In this document: positions 13,088 through 25,370 of the stretch, one piece after another
Position numbering within the stretch: position 1 is the first letter of the stretch
Layout: every line of letters starts with the position of its first letter
Assembly: GCA_000165345.1 (NCBI GenBank)
Contig: CM000433.1
Coordinates: 160,001 to 224,000 of the forward strand
Length of the DNA: 64,000 nucleotides
Direction: 5' to 3'
Program-made: the position numbers and the translations under genes
The notes under the pieces: model-generated
The model's input: only the letters and a program-made list of their open reading frames with translations
Databases searched by the model: none
Told to the model about the DNA's origin: nothing

Positions 13088-13636
13088 TCTTGAAATCAAC
13101 AATAATTTTTTAATAATATTTTGTATTATCTCACCATAATAATTTATTTAATTAACAGTGAATAAATAATTCTAAAAATAAGCTAATATCTTGGATCAAC
13201 TGAATATTAATTCCCTTTTATAGCATTATTTCAAGTTATAAAGCTACTTTATAATTAACAAATTACTTTAAATCACCAAATTTTCAATTTTGTAACAAAA
13301 TTTATACATCAATCATCACAAATTAACAACAGAATCCAAAGTAAAATTAATATCAGCTATGTTAGACTTAATTTGCTCTATAATCTTTGTATTTTTAATG
13401 AACTCTTGTCCATCTTAGGTGTTTTTTAATATATTAAATTATTTTAGGCTGTGATTTCTAAGTGGCCTTAGTATTTATCTGCAAAATAAGATTGTGTTTT
13501 TCATGAATTTTAATTTGTGAATTTTAATATTTGAACAATCCTTTTAATTGACCCAAATGTATTTTCTTGTTATTTCACATGTAATTTATTTTTCCAACTT
13601 GTCTTAGGCAACTCTGGAATTATCAGAAAGAATGCA

Positions 13637-13656
13637 TGGCGCCCGTATTTGCCGCC
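13637..13656. promoter_or_regulatory. E2F-like box TGGCGCCC plus GCCGCC, ~230 bp upstream of the RPA1 start
   Basis: catGGCGCCcgtatttGCCGCCttg in otherwise AT-rich upstream DNA. Confidence 0.4.
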
Positions 13657-13869
13657 TTGAACTAGTTATGAATGACCATTTTAATAAGATAGTAAAGTTG
13701 AATTTTAAAAACTGGATTAATTCCGTTTTTTTCTTTATAAAAAAGAAATGGATGGATATCAGGTAGGGTCAAACTAAAAAGGTAAATAGAGATTATTGTA
13801 AAATAGAGAAGAGTTGCCTGTTAATCATTTTATTTGGTAATCAGTTTGGAAGAATAAAAATATCGGAAA

Positions 13870-16800
13870 ATGAATTCAGCACCAATATGCTCTGACATTC
13901 ACAGTGCCTCATTTGACCTTTTGAGAGCATCCGAGGTTAAAAAGCTTTCTGTTTGTCATGTAACCTCAACAACAACTTTTGAGTCTACTGGTGAAAGCAA
14001 AGTTGGTGGTTTGCATGATTTAAGAATGGGGCCATTAAGTAACAGAGATTTCTGTGGAACATGTGGAAGTAGAAATGAATGCCCAGGTCATATAGGCCAC
14101 ATTGAATTGGAGCTTCCCGTATTTCATCCTCTTTTTTTGGGAAACTTGGTCAGAATTTTAAAATGTTGCTGTTGGCACTGTTGTTGCATAAGACTTTCAA
14201 AAAAGGTATGTAATGGTTATGTAAAAAGGTTTGAGTCCATTGGAAAGAATTCAAATGTAGGTTCCAAAGACTTGGAAATTTACAATGTAAATGATGCGCA
14301 ATCAACCGATGGGATTGCGTCTAACAGTTATTCACTGGAAATTTGGGAAGGAATTAAAAGAGAATTTTTAGATAAAGCATCTAAACACTCTTCTTGCAGT
14401 TCTTGTGGAAATGCATTTAAAGGCAGAGTCAAAGAATCTCAGCTTGGAATTGGTATTACTCTTTCTTGGCCTGAAGGCTCTAAACCCCCAGTAAGCCTAG
14501 GAAGTACTTGGAGCTCAAGCTTAAATCAAGAAGATACTAGGAGTGAATATAGTGACTCAGGATCTGAAAGTGGTAAAGAGCCAGATTCGTATAATTCTGG
14601 TGATTCTGACAACCAGGAAGAAGGCTCTATTAGCAGCAGTCAACAGAGTAATGAATCTAAGAAAAGGAAAAAGAATACAGAAACTAAAAATAAAAGTTCA
14701 GCAAAGTTGTTTAAACGTTCTTATTATGATGACTTCTCAATGAATATTCCTCAAGAGGCTAAGTCTCATACTAAACAAGGAAGAGGAATGATTACCCAAC
14801 ATTTTCAGGCTTTTCAAATAGTGCCAATAATTAAAAATATTTGGGAAAATAACAGAAAAATCTTCGAATTTATATTCCCTATATGTAAATCCCTAGGTTG
14901 GGAAGCGTTCTTTATGTTTACAGTTCCTGTTTCTGCAAATAAATTTAGACCTCTTGGAATGGCTATAGGAAGAAATATATCACTATTGCATCCAAGAACT
15001 TCAGGACTTCTCGAAATTCTAACTGCGAATGACAGGCTGAAGTTCTATGTTGATTTACAAAGAAAGGAAAATACTAATGAATCTTCAATTGAAGGAGAGG
15101 ACAGTTCCAAAACTGGAAAGGGGACAAAAACAATTAAAGAAGAAATTGAAGTTAACTCAAACAACTTGATTTCTTACGTATCTTCATTACAAGAAAAGGT
15201 TAACATGTATTTGGATCAGAGCAAAAGCTTCAAACCATCATCAGCCCCTCCAGGTATTAGGCAATGGCTTGAGAAAAAAGCAGGCGTAATCCGTCAGAAA
15301 ATGATGGGAAAAAGAGTTAATTATTCAGCTAGAACTGTTATTGGACCTGATCCATATCTTGATACCAATGAAATAGGAGTCCCCCTTATGTTTGCTTTGA
15401 ACTTAACTATCCCAGAACGTGTTGGTACTCATAATGTCTCATTAATGGCCAACTTGGTTGAAAATGGCCCAAATTTATATCCAGGTGCAAATAAACTTTT
15501 ATTAGGTGGAATTCTTTATGATTTATCAAGATTAGATCAAAATCAGAGAAAAGCAAAGGCCAGATTGCTTTTATCTTCTGTTTTATCAGCTTCAAACCCA
15601 TTTTTGGGAAACCATCATCCAATTGTTTATAGACACTTGATTGATGGAGATATTGTATTAATGAACAGACAGCCTACTCTACATAGACCTAGTATTATGG
15701 CTCACTATATAAGAATACAACCAAAAGATAACATTATGAGGCTAAATTACGTCAATTGTGGTACTTATAACGCAGATTTTGACGGTGATGAAATGAATCT
15801 TCATCTTCCTCAATCCCTTTTTTCTAGATCTGAAGCAAAATATATTATGGATGCTTCCAGGCAATATTCAGTTCCAAAAAGTGGTGAACCACTTAGAGGA
15901 TTAATTCAAGATTCTTGTATTGGAGGTGCATTTTTAACATCTAAATCAACCTTCTTGAATAGGGAAGAATACTTTCACCTTCTATATACATCTTTGTCAT
16001 TTATATTTGACAAGAAATCTTCTGCGCTTTCAACAAGTCCTATGATTTATTCTTCCCAAGGTCAAGTTATATTTGGATCAAATAACAGATTTTCTGAAGT
16101 TAATTCTCCCTTAGGAAAGGTCAAAATTGATGAATGTATTCTGAGAAATCAATCAAACCTAAATAGCAATGTTCAAAATGGTAATTTTGAAATTGAATTC
16201 TCTCTTGATTCATTGGATACTTGTATTGCTCCAAAAAACATACCAAAAAATGATTCATCTTGTAAAACCGATTTTAAAATCCATTCAAATATCCATAACT
16301 CACATATATTTAATAATTTAATCTTAGAGCCACCAACAATTATCAAACCAATCCATTTGTGGACAGGAAAACAAGTATTTACATCTCTCTTGAAAACTTT
16401 ACTATATAACCTTGTCAGCACTGAACCAAGTGTATATGCAGGGATTAATTTAATATCAAAGAGTAGAACTCCTGGTGATTCATGGAACGGAAAAGAAGAT
16501 GGAGAGAAGGAAGAGGCCGTAGTAATTATCAGAAACAGTGAACTTTTACAAGGAGTCATTGATAAGAACCAGATCGGATCCAACTCGTACTGTTTAGTTC
16601 ACTTATGTACAGAGCTTGTTGGTCCTCTAATTGGAGGCAAACTTTTATCTGCTATTTTCAACCTTTCACAGGTTTATCTTCAAATGAGAGGTTTTACTTG
16701 TAGTATTAGCGATATGTTGCTCACTCCCCAAGCAGAATCTGAGCGTATTGAATTAATGAAGAAATATAACCATGCTTCTGTCTTCATACAAGAGGCATTT

Positions 16801-19800
16801 CAATATTATATTTTTAAGGAGATTGGTGGTAAGAATGATTTAAATAACCAAACTTACTTTTCAGAGAAATTTGATATATATAAAGGGTTCAATTCAAATA
16901 ATGAATTTGAAAAAACTAAAAAAGCTATATTGGAATTGAGAGATTTGAAGAAAGACAAGTATTCTTCCAAAATTTCCAAACTAGGGCAAAAGAACGATAA
17001 TTATCTGGAAATCAATCCTTCAGAGTTGGTTGACTTTTCAGACAATAAAAATCTGACATCAACAGTTCTTGATGTACTAATTGATACGATCAGAAACTTT
17101 AGTGAAAATAGCAATAATAAACTAGAAAAGAAGCTTTTGCTTTTAGAACTTGTTAAATCATTAAAACAACAAAGACTTAGCATCGATGGTTTATTTAAAG
17201 TCGAAGAAAACCCCGATAAGTTCACTCATGACGACTCTGGGATACTTTTCCCAAAAGATGTGTCTACCAATAACTCAAATAAAGATTCAGATCCTTCAAA
17301 AGACTTTCATTCAAACCATGATGCTATTTTATACGATGGTAGTTGGCTCTCTATTGGTAAAATGGAAGAAAGTATTGAAGACAAATTCGATGACGAAGAA
17401 AATGAGTTTAATAACCATGGTGATTTCTTTGCATATCCAAATGAACTAACAAGACGTAAATTAGAGTCTTTGATAGGCAATAAACTTAATACTAAGAAAG
17501 ATTCTCTATTAAAAATCATGGATGCAATTTCAAAGATTGGATTAGGAGATATTACATCAAAGTTAGGTAACTTATTAAAAGGATCTTCTTCTAAGTTCCC
17601 TTTTCCATATAATGGGTTTTCTTCTATGGTTTTAACAGGAGCAAAAGGGTCAAGAGTTAATTATAATATGATTTGTGTTATGCTAGGTCAGCAAGAACTT
17701 GAAGGAAGAAGGGTTCCAATTATGCCAAGTATGAAGACTTTACCATCTTTTGCTACTTATGATTTGGGTTCTAGAGCAGGAGGTCTGATTACAGATCGTT
17801 ACTTGGACGGTCTTCATGCTCAAGAATTCTTCTTTCACTGTATGTCTGGAAGAGAAGGTTTAGTTGATACTGCAGTCAAAACCGCACGTTCTGGATATTT
17901 GCAAAGATGTATATTAAAAGGATTGGAAAGTATGATTGTTAATTATGACGGCACTGTTAGAAGTGAAGACGATACAATTGTTCAATTTATATATGGTGAT
18001 GATGGAATCGATGTCTCTAAATCAAGTTATTTGTCCAAATTGGAGGATCTAGTTAGAAATAAAACTTTGTTGGAAAGAGATGTGAAATTTGAAGAATCTA
18101 TGGGAAATAAATTTTTGAATAATTCTTTTGAGAAGGTATTCAAATATGAAAATAGGCAAAATTTGTTTAAGACGTGTCTAAACCAAAATATCTTATCAGA
18201 TGAAAAATCTTTCAAAAAAGTAAAAAAATCAGTAGAAAGGGATTGTTTTGATAACTTAAATATATCAGAGGATAATAATAAGACCAATGCAATTGATGTT
18301 GAAAATGTTTCATCTACATCTTTAAATGAAATGACTGTCAATTCATTACTACCTACAATCTTAAATGGAGGATCAGTTTCAGAATTATTCCTTAATAGCT
18401 TATCTGAGACAAATATCCAAAAGCTTACTAGAATTTCAAGTGATTCAAAATATTATTCAAACAACAATTATTCTTTCAAAGGAAAAAGAAAATCAAGAAA
18501 CTCGTTAGTTAATGATAAATATAGTGCTGAAGAATACGAATCCATGTTAAACATGGAGAAATTACTTCGTCTAAAGTATATGAAAACTCAAATTTCTCCA
18601 GGAGAAGCTGTTGGTTGTCTTGCTGCTCAATCTATTGGAGAACCGGCCACACAAATGACTCTTAATACTTTTCACTTGGCAGGTCACGGTGCTGCTAACG
18701 TTACTTTGGGTATTCCAAGACTTAAAGAATTACTTCAAACAGGAGGAGATTCAAAAACTCCATACATTTTTATCCCATTATTGAAAGATATTAATTCAAA
18801 GAAAGATAAATCATCCAAATTTGCTGATGAAGAAAATGACAATAAAGATTTTATTAATTATGCAGAAAAGGTTTTGGACTGTTTCAAATCAATCCCATTG
18901 TCAGATATTATTGAAAATGTTGGAGTTGAAAGTTCAATAGTATATGATGAAGATGGAAAATTTAAATCATCCCACAAAAAATCTGCATATTGTTGGAATT
19001 ACGAAATTTCTATCCAATTTTCAGATTTGGAAGTATTTTGTCAATCTTTACCTCATTACAATATGTCATCTTTAATGAATTTGACTCTTTCAAAATGTAT
19101 TAAACCTTTTTTGAGAAATGTAAGTTTAATTCTGGGAGATATTTTAAATAATTATTATTGGAAATTATTGTTATTTATTATAATTCGGAGGCATTCATTA
19201 ATTTTTTTTAAATTAAACTCTAAGTCAATTCTTTTAACTAATTTTACTCAATTAACCCTAATAAGGCTTAATTCTTCGAGATATTAGTTATAAGATTTCT
19301 TTGGTTTTAAAATATAATTTAAATTCATTATTAATGATGAAATAATATTAAAACTTTCGTTCTTCTGTAAAGTTGTCAAATTTCTAATTTTGGAGATTTA
19401 TTAACAGAATGATGGAGAAAACTATACTATTTCTGAAATATGATATAATTAAATTATATTTTAATAATTTTTTTTTCAGAAAAAATGAATTTTGATGGAA
19501 ATCTCCTTGTAATTAATAATATTTTAATTTCCAAAAATATTAAAATAAAATATCTCTATTGAAATTAATTAATAACTTTAATTTTTAGGTAAATAACATG
19601 TACACAATTTCATCGATAAGAAGTAGCAAATTTTCCAACCAAGAAAATGATGAGACAGACGAATTTGTTTCAAAATACGTCTTGGGACACAATAGTGATC
19701 GAAACATTGGGATTTTCAAAGGTGCTTTGAACTCAATGATTCAAAAAGGTAACTTTTCTTTTGGAGGAGGAGGAGGAGGAGGAGAAGGAGGAGAATTAGG

Positions 19801-21022
19801 ACAATATGAAGATGATTTTGATGGAGGGTCTCGGCCTGATCGCAAAAAAGAACCAAAGAGTGAGGATGACAGTGGAAATAATACTAAAAAGGAAGAAATT
19901 GATGATGTAGATAATGATATGAATAATGAAATGGATGGAGATGATAAAGATAAAAACGATGATGATGATAATTCATCGGTAGAATCTTCATCATCAACTT
20001 CCGAGGAGGAAAATGGTAAAGATGATAGTGATGAAGAAACTGAAATGAATAATGGAAAATTTACTGAAGAAGCTAATGAGAATGATGAATCTGGAAGTGA
20101 AGAAGATGGAGATTTAGTTAGGAGGAGTTTAAGTGCAAGGAATAGTTTTACTGGTGAAAATCTAATGGAGAATGATTCAAAAATACCATGCATAAACTTA
20201 AAAATCTTGACTAAAGATGTATTAAAACATGTCATTGATTTTAACATTGATAGAAAAACCAATATTTTGAGTATTAAATTGGGGTGGCCGGTTATAAGAT
20301 GCCCACATTATATTGATTTCTTACCTGTCTTAAAAAATTGTATTTTAAAGACAAATATCCAGTCAATTTCATGTTTGAAAAATGCAAGAATTACTAGGAA
20401 CCAGAAAGAAACTTCAGACAAAAGTTTGTCTCAGTTTGAAGTTACCGTGGAGGGAACCAATGTAGGGCATATTTTTAAGATTTCGCCACGTTACATTAAT
20501 CACGATAAAATTAGATTCAATGATATTCAAACAGTATATAAATATTATGGTGTTGAAGCTGCCAGGCATTGTATTATCAACGAGTTAAGGAACGTCTTTT
20601 CAGTGTATGGAATTAATGTTGATTATAGACATTTGACTTTGATTAGTGATTCAATTACAGCAAGTGGAAAATTAAGAGTATTCAATAGAATGGGAACAAT
20701 TTCATACAATGTTTCACCATTCTTGCAGATGTCATTTGAAACTAGTATGAAATTTTTGACAGAAGCATGCTTGAGAGGCGCTTTAGATAATTTAAAAAGC
20801 CCAGCAAGCTCAATTTCAGTTGGGAAAATGGTTAGTGTTGGTACAGGGATTTCTCGTACATATACTAATTTCTACCAAAATAGTTTTGGTGGAAAAAGAA
20901 AAGATAAAGATGGATCCATTCAAAAAAAGACCAAGGATAAAAAAGAAAAGAATGATGATGAGACAAAGAAAGGTAAAAAAACAAGTAAGAAGGAAATAGA
21001 AAACTATTTTAAGTTTCTTTAA
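13870..21022 (+). CDS. RPA1: DNA-directed RNA polymerase I largest subunit (RPA1/A190), two exons
   Basis: Exon 1 is 13870..19119. Its N-terminal clamp has a zinc ribbon (CGTCGS..CPGHIGHIELELPVFHP), then RQPTLHRPSIMAH and the catalytic NADFDGDEMNLH. A GTAAGT donor sits at 19120 (phase 0). The intron runs 19120..19588 (469 nt, acceptor tttttAG). Exon 2 is 19589..21022 and carries the conserved C-terminal domain (YGVEAARHCIINELRNVFSVYGINVDYRHLTLISD..SPFLQMSFETS). The start MNSAPICSDIHSASFDLLRASEVKKLS parallels the A190 N-terminus. The total of ~2228 aa includes lineage-specific Ser/Asp- and Gly-rich insertions. Alternative acceptor choices within ~30 nt cannot be excluded. Confidence 0.85.
19328..19442 (+). 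ncRNA. Candidate box C/D snoRNA inside the RPA1 intron (speculative)
   Basis: AATGATGA (C box) at 19333..19340, an internal ATGATGG (C'-like) at 19409..19415, and CTGA (D box) at 19433..19436. This gives ~105 nt from C to D, which is a typical size. The terminal stem is weak. It lies in the one unusually long (469 nt) intron. Confidence 0.2.
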
Positions 21023-21127
21023 TCGTTAGAATTCAGAAGTTAGGATAGTAATTGGGAAAATTTTTTCTTTTAAAAAAAAATTTAGTATGATTTATAATTG
21101 ATATTAATTAATAATTACTTATTTGAA

Positions 21128-22540
21128 TTAACTAAGGAAAGTATCAGAAAATTGCCAGAATTGAATAGTGTTGTCTTCTGAAGCGGATGCTACTAAAAGA
21201 GGGTCTCCGTGCTCATTTGGATTCCATGAAATACTTGTAATAGGAGCTGTGTGTCCATAATGGATAAAAATAGCATTTGGATCAAAGGAATCCTTTTGAG
21301 AATGAGCCTTGTTAGGATCTTCATATGTTTGGTTGTTCTGATTGATATTTTCGAGACCATTTTGTAAATATGCGTTATTTTCACTAGGATTGTGGTTTTT
21401 ATATAAATCCCATACAACTACCTTGTTATCAACTCCTCCTGTCATTAAGATATTTGGAGACCATTTAGACCATTCCATGCAAATGATAGGCTTTTTAGAA
21501 TGAAGGTTGAATGAAAATAGTTCTTCATTAAGATTCCTAAAATCCCAAATTTGAACAATTCCATCCAAATTACCAGTAGAAACCATGGTAGGAACAAATT
21601 GGTTAAAAGAAAGAGTGTTGATTCCAGATACTGTATTTTTAAATAGACTTGGGGAATTTTCGGATGAACTTCTTAGATCCCAAAGAGCAAAAGTTCCATC
21701 ATCTGATACGGACCCAAATACTGATAGAGAAGAAGGATGCCATTTTAAGTCATTAACATCAGAATTGTGCCAGGAGATACTTTTTATTGGCTCCAAAATG
21801 GGTGGAGAATATTCAGATGATTCTTGTGAATCTGGATCAGCTTTATTATTATAGATAAAATGATTTTTTGCACTTGAGTTCAGAATCCCATTAGTATTTT
21901 TATTAAAATCCCAAAGATTGATAATGCGATCGCTTCCGCCTGAGATCAAATAATCATTTGAAGTACTATTTCCCCAATCCATTGCATACCCTTCCTTTGA
22001 GTGACCTTTTAGAAGAAGCTGGGGATGCACAAATTCATCAGTTGGGAATGACTCATGCTTAGAATAATCAAAAACTAAAATATCACCATTAACAACTCTA
22101 CTGGCAATAATAAATGGATGTTCTGGCATATGTAATGCCTTATTAACTTCTTCTGGGTGATTTAATTTTGCCTTTACCTCAAATTGAACAATATTCATGT
22201 TTGTGTTTTCTGGATTATATGAATATTCAGCAAAGCTTTCAACATTCATTAAATCATCATTAGCTTCCAAGTCACCAATATGAACTTCAGCAATTATCAA
22301 ATAATTGGGTTCTTGGTCGCTAGTATGAGTTCCATAGATGATTTTGTGAACAGAATAACTGCCATCTGCTGATTTATAAGAATTTGGGAGCCAATCAATA
22401 GTCAATGTTGGCCATTCCAATGTATAAGATAGCATTGTATCATATAGATATGGACAATTCCTTCTCCAAATGTATTGAATATCATCATCCACATTGTTAT
22501 TAAGTGTCGTGGGTCCTTCGTTGCTCGTTAATGCTTGCAT
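21128..22540 (-). CDS. RBBP4: Histone-binding WD40 protein, RBBP4/RbAp48/MSI1 (CAF-1 p48) family
   Basis: The N-terminal helix IWRRNCPYLYDTMLSYTLEWPTLTIDWLP matches RbAp48 ([29 protein letters not shown]). Seven WD repeats follow. Confidence 0.85.
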   Translation of the reverse strand: MQALTSNEGPTTLNNNVDDDIQYIWRRNCPYLYDTMLSYTLEWPTLTIDWLPNSYKSADGSYSVHKIIYGTHTSDQEPNYLIIAEVHIGDLEANDDLMNVESFAEYSYNPENTNMNIVQFEVKAKLNHPEEVNKALHMPEHPFIIASRVVNGDILVFDYSKHESFPTDEFVHPQLLLKGHSKEGYAMDWGNSTSNDYLISGGSDRIINLWDFNKNTNGILNSSAKNHFIYNNKADPDSQESSEYSPPILEPIKSISWHNSDVNDLKWHPSSLSVFGSVSDDGTFALWDLRSSSENSPSLFKNTVSGINTLSFNQFVPTMVSTGNLDGIVQIWDFRNLNEELFSFNLHSKKPIICMEWSKWSPNILMTGGVDNKVVVWDLYKNHNPSENNAYLQNGLENINQNNQTYEDPNKAHSQKDSFDPNAIFIHYGHTAPITSISWNPNEHGDPLLVASASEDNTIQFWQFSDTFLS

Positions 22541-22825
22541 TTTGTTGTTTTGTATTCCTAATTTAATACAATATTATATCATAATCTTCTATTTGGTTTT
22601 AATTACAGATTTTAGTACAGTTTTAATCAGTAAATTATATATTAAAGTTGTTTATTTTCTTAAAGGTTGTTAGGAATTAAAATAAAACCCTCAAACCTGT
22701 TCAAAAAAGCCTCTACTGTATGTTAATAACTCAGAATCAATTAAATAGTATTATTCTACTTTTGTTTTAACTTGTTTGATTTTCTTGTTAATATTTAATT
22801 CGGAGGGTAACGTAAATCAAACTTA

Positions 22826-22833
22826 AGGCGCCA
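22826..22833. promoter_or_regulatory. E2F-like box AGGCGCCA in the divergent promoter between RBBP4 (minus) and the 23042 gene (plus)
   Basis: It is the only GC-rich island in a ~500-bp AT-rich divergent intergenic region. Confidence 0.4.
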
Positions 22834-23041
22834 ATGTGCATGTATTTAAATATGTAGTCAAAAATCTGAAAAATTGATAAATAAATGAATCTAGAGAAGT
22901 TTTTAAACCTTTTCCGGAAATTAAAAATATTTAAAGTTAAATTAGTTGCATTAAAAATAATAGGGTCTGTTTATATAAATTTCGTCCTTTTGAGTCTAAT
23001 TTTATCAAAGAGTATTGTGGGGTGAATAATATATATTAAAG

Positions 23042-24987
23042 ATGCATTATTTTAAAGGAAACAAAATAAAATGGAAGATGTTTAAAAAAAAACTTAACTT
23101 ATTTTTGTCATTTATTTTACAGTTTATGACACTTTTGATCATTATAAGATGCACAGAAAAAAATAAAGCTACGCATGTTAGAGTTCAAGATAGAATAGAA
23201 CCAATTAAATTAAATTTGGACGATAAAATGATAAAAAACTATACTACTTTAATAACAAGTGAAGCTTACCAAAGGTTAGTATTTTAATTAATCTGTTGGC
23301 TTTGATTATTTTTTTAATTTTTTTATTTTCAATTTAGTTTAAGCAACTATCCAATTTGGGAAGATACATCCGATACTGATATAATTGCCAGTAAAGAAAA
23401 CAATTTTGAAGAAAATAATGCAAAAGAAGATTACGACATTAAAAGAGGATTTATAGATTTAGCAAAAAACATAACGCATGTTTATGGCAATATGATTCAA
23501 TCTAATTTGGTTAATGAATTTCAAGATGATTATCAGATCCCAGAGCCCATTTTTGACGAAAATCCTGAATATTTCTCATTCCCTTATCAAAAGGATAGCA
23601 TAGGGAATGAAGCAAAAATACTGGATGGGCTAAATAAGGTAAGTAAAATAAACAAGAATTTTGATAATGCTTAATAATAAATAGACGAAAAATGCTGTAA
23701 ATCTTGGTAAAAATATTACAGTAATCAAACAAGATGATAGAGAGATGCTGAGAAATGCATTTCCAGAGGTAAGCTATAGTGCCAATAATTTTAACATCTA
23801 GAAATATCACTATATAAAGGACTTTTCAGTAAATTCAGGTGAAGAAGACTTTACGAATCAAAGTTTAAATTCTAAAAATGTAGAGGAGTTACTAAAGGTA
23901 TGATTATATTCAATAAAAAATACTTCTAACACCTTATTTAATTTTTTAAAAATTTAGGAAACTAGAGCGAATCACCAAGATGAGCATGAGAGGATTCAAG
24001 AGTATTTGCAGAGTTTAAATATTACTTCACCGGTAAGATGAATCATTAGTATTCTAATAGCTTATATAATTTACCTAATATTAGAAAGTTACATCAAAAG
24101 TTGGTGATTTGTATGATTCTTATATTTTACTTTCAGCATCAGCTCAGGAGTATAATGATATTTATAACAATACAGTAAGTTTATTATATTATTGAGATTA
24201 CAAATATTATTTCTTAAAAAAAGTTATATGGCAATAAGACAAAACAGCCTTTCTCAATTCCATTAAAGCCTTATTAGTAAGTGATAATGTTAAAATTAAT
24301 AATATATTTTTAATTAAGATATTTCAATACAGCATTTGGGAAGGGATAGACAATTTATGGGATATTAAAATGTCAAAAACAACAACTCCAAGTCCAAAAA
24401 CAAGAGAAGCATTAAACAAAATTGATAATTATAATTCATTCATTAGGTGGAAAAGAGAAGAACCATTCAGAGTTTATGATATGTGGTATGATGCGGTAAA
24501 AGAAAGAAAAGATGGGAGAAATTCAATCAGAAGAGAAGCAATCAAGCAAAGAGATAGAGTATTAGAAGAAAAAATGAACAAACAAAGAGCATTTTATTCA
24601 CCTGCAAAAGAAAAATTTGATGATATAGGAAATGTAAGTTAATTAATTTTACATAACAATCAATATTCCATTAAATTTAGGCAACAGAATTAATGGCAGG
24701 ACACATAGATAAAAGGTTTGGACAACTTTTCAATGAAGTCACTGAAATTATGGATAAAGAGGCAAAGGAAAGGTAAGATTAGACTAATTTATTTAATATT
24801 AATTGACTATTCGCTAATAATCAAATAATTTTCTATTATTTATAGAGAGCACAAATATTACGAGCATACTTTCAAAAATAAAATGGAAGAATTCTGTTCA
24901 ATTTACCCAAACTGCTGTATAAATATGTCACAATGCCCTGAATTTGTATATAACTACATTCAAAAGGCAAGAATTCTTTTTTAGATA
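23042..24987 (+). CDS. Multi-exon gene of unknown function encoding a secreted or membrane protein (signal peptide/anchor), with at least 8 short exons
   Basis: Exons traced by hand: 23042..23274 (donor AAAG|GTTAGT), 23338..23638 (donor GTAAGT), 23685..23768, 23820..23897, 23948..24022. After a region of ambiguous structure, one exon begins by hand at 24319 (acceptor AG at 24317..24318), read through 24642 on the strength of ORF 24370..24642 plus the GTAAGT at 24640. Two more exons begin near 24669 and 24845, and the stop lies near 24985..24987. Introns are 46-66 nt with GTAAGT/GTATGA donors. The internal structure across 24023..24318 is uncertain and may include a ~22-nt micro-exon. No recognisable domain. 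Confidence 0.35.
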
Positions 24988-25370
24988 TGTTTGATTAATT
25001 TCTTAGTTTTGTTTTCATGCACTTAAAAAAAAAGTTTTGGCGGGTAAATGCGCGCATCTAAAAAGAACTTAACGAAACCGATTTTAGCTGTAATATCCAT
25101 GATAAATATTCGTTGAAAATTCATAATTTGAAATAAAAGGTTTTCAAAACTAATCTATATTTCCCCAGTTTGAATTTGAGTACATTAATTGTTCAAAGAT
25201 CTCAAACATTACAAACAAAAATTAAGTTATTCTAAATTAAAATAAGCTCAAAAATATTATCAAAACTATTATTAATTCCAACAAAAAACTTTGTTAATAT
25301 TACGGCAAGTTCAGTATTTAGGAAAGCAACCCATAGATTATTTATTTGTACAAAAAAACATCTTTTTTTC

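Noticed and set aside
23707-23721. Possible 22-nt micro-exon (23685..23706) flanked by a 15-nt intron in the 23042 gene
   Set aside because: Reading 23685..23768 as one continuous 84-nt exon is open in frame and avoids an implausibly short 15-nt intron.
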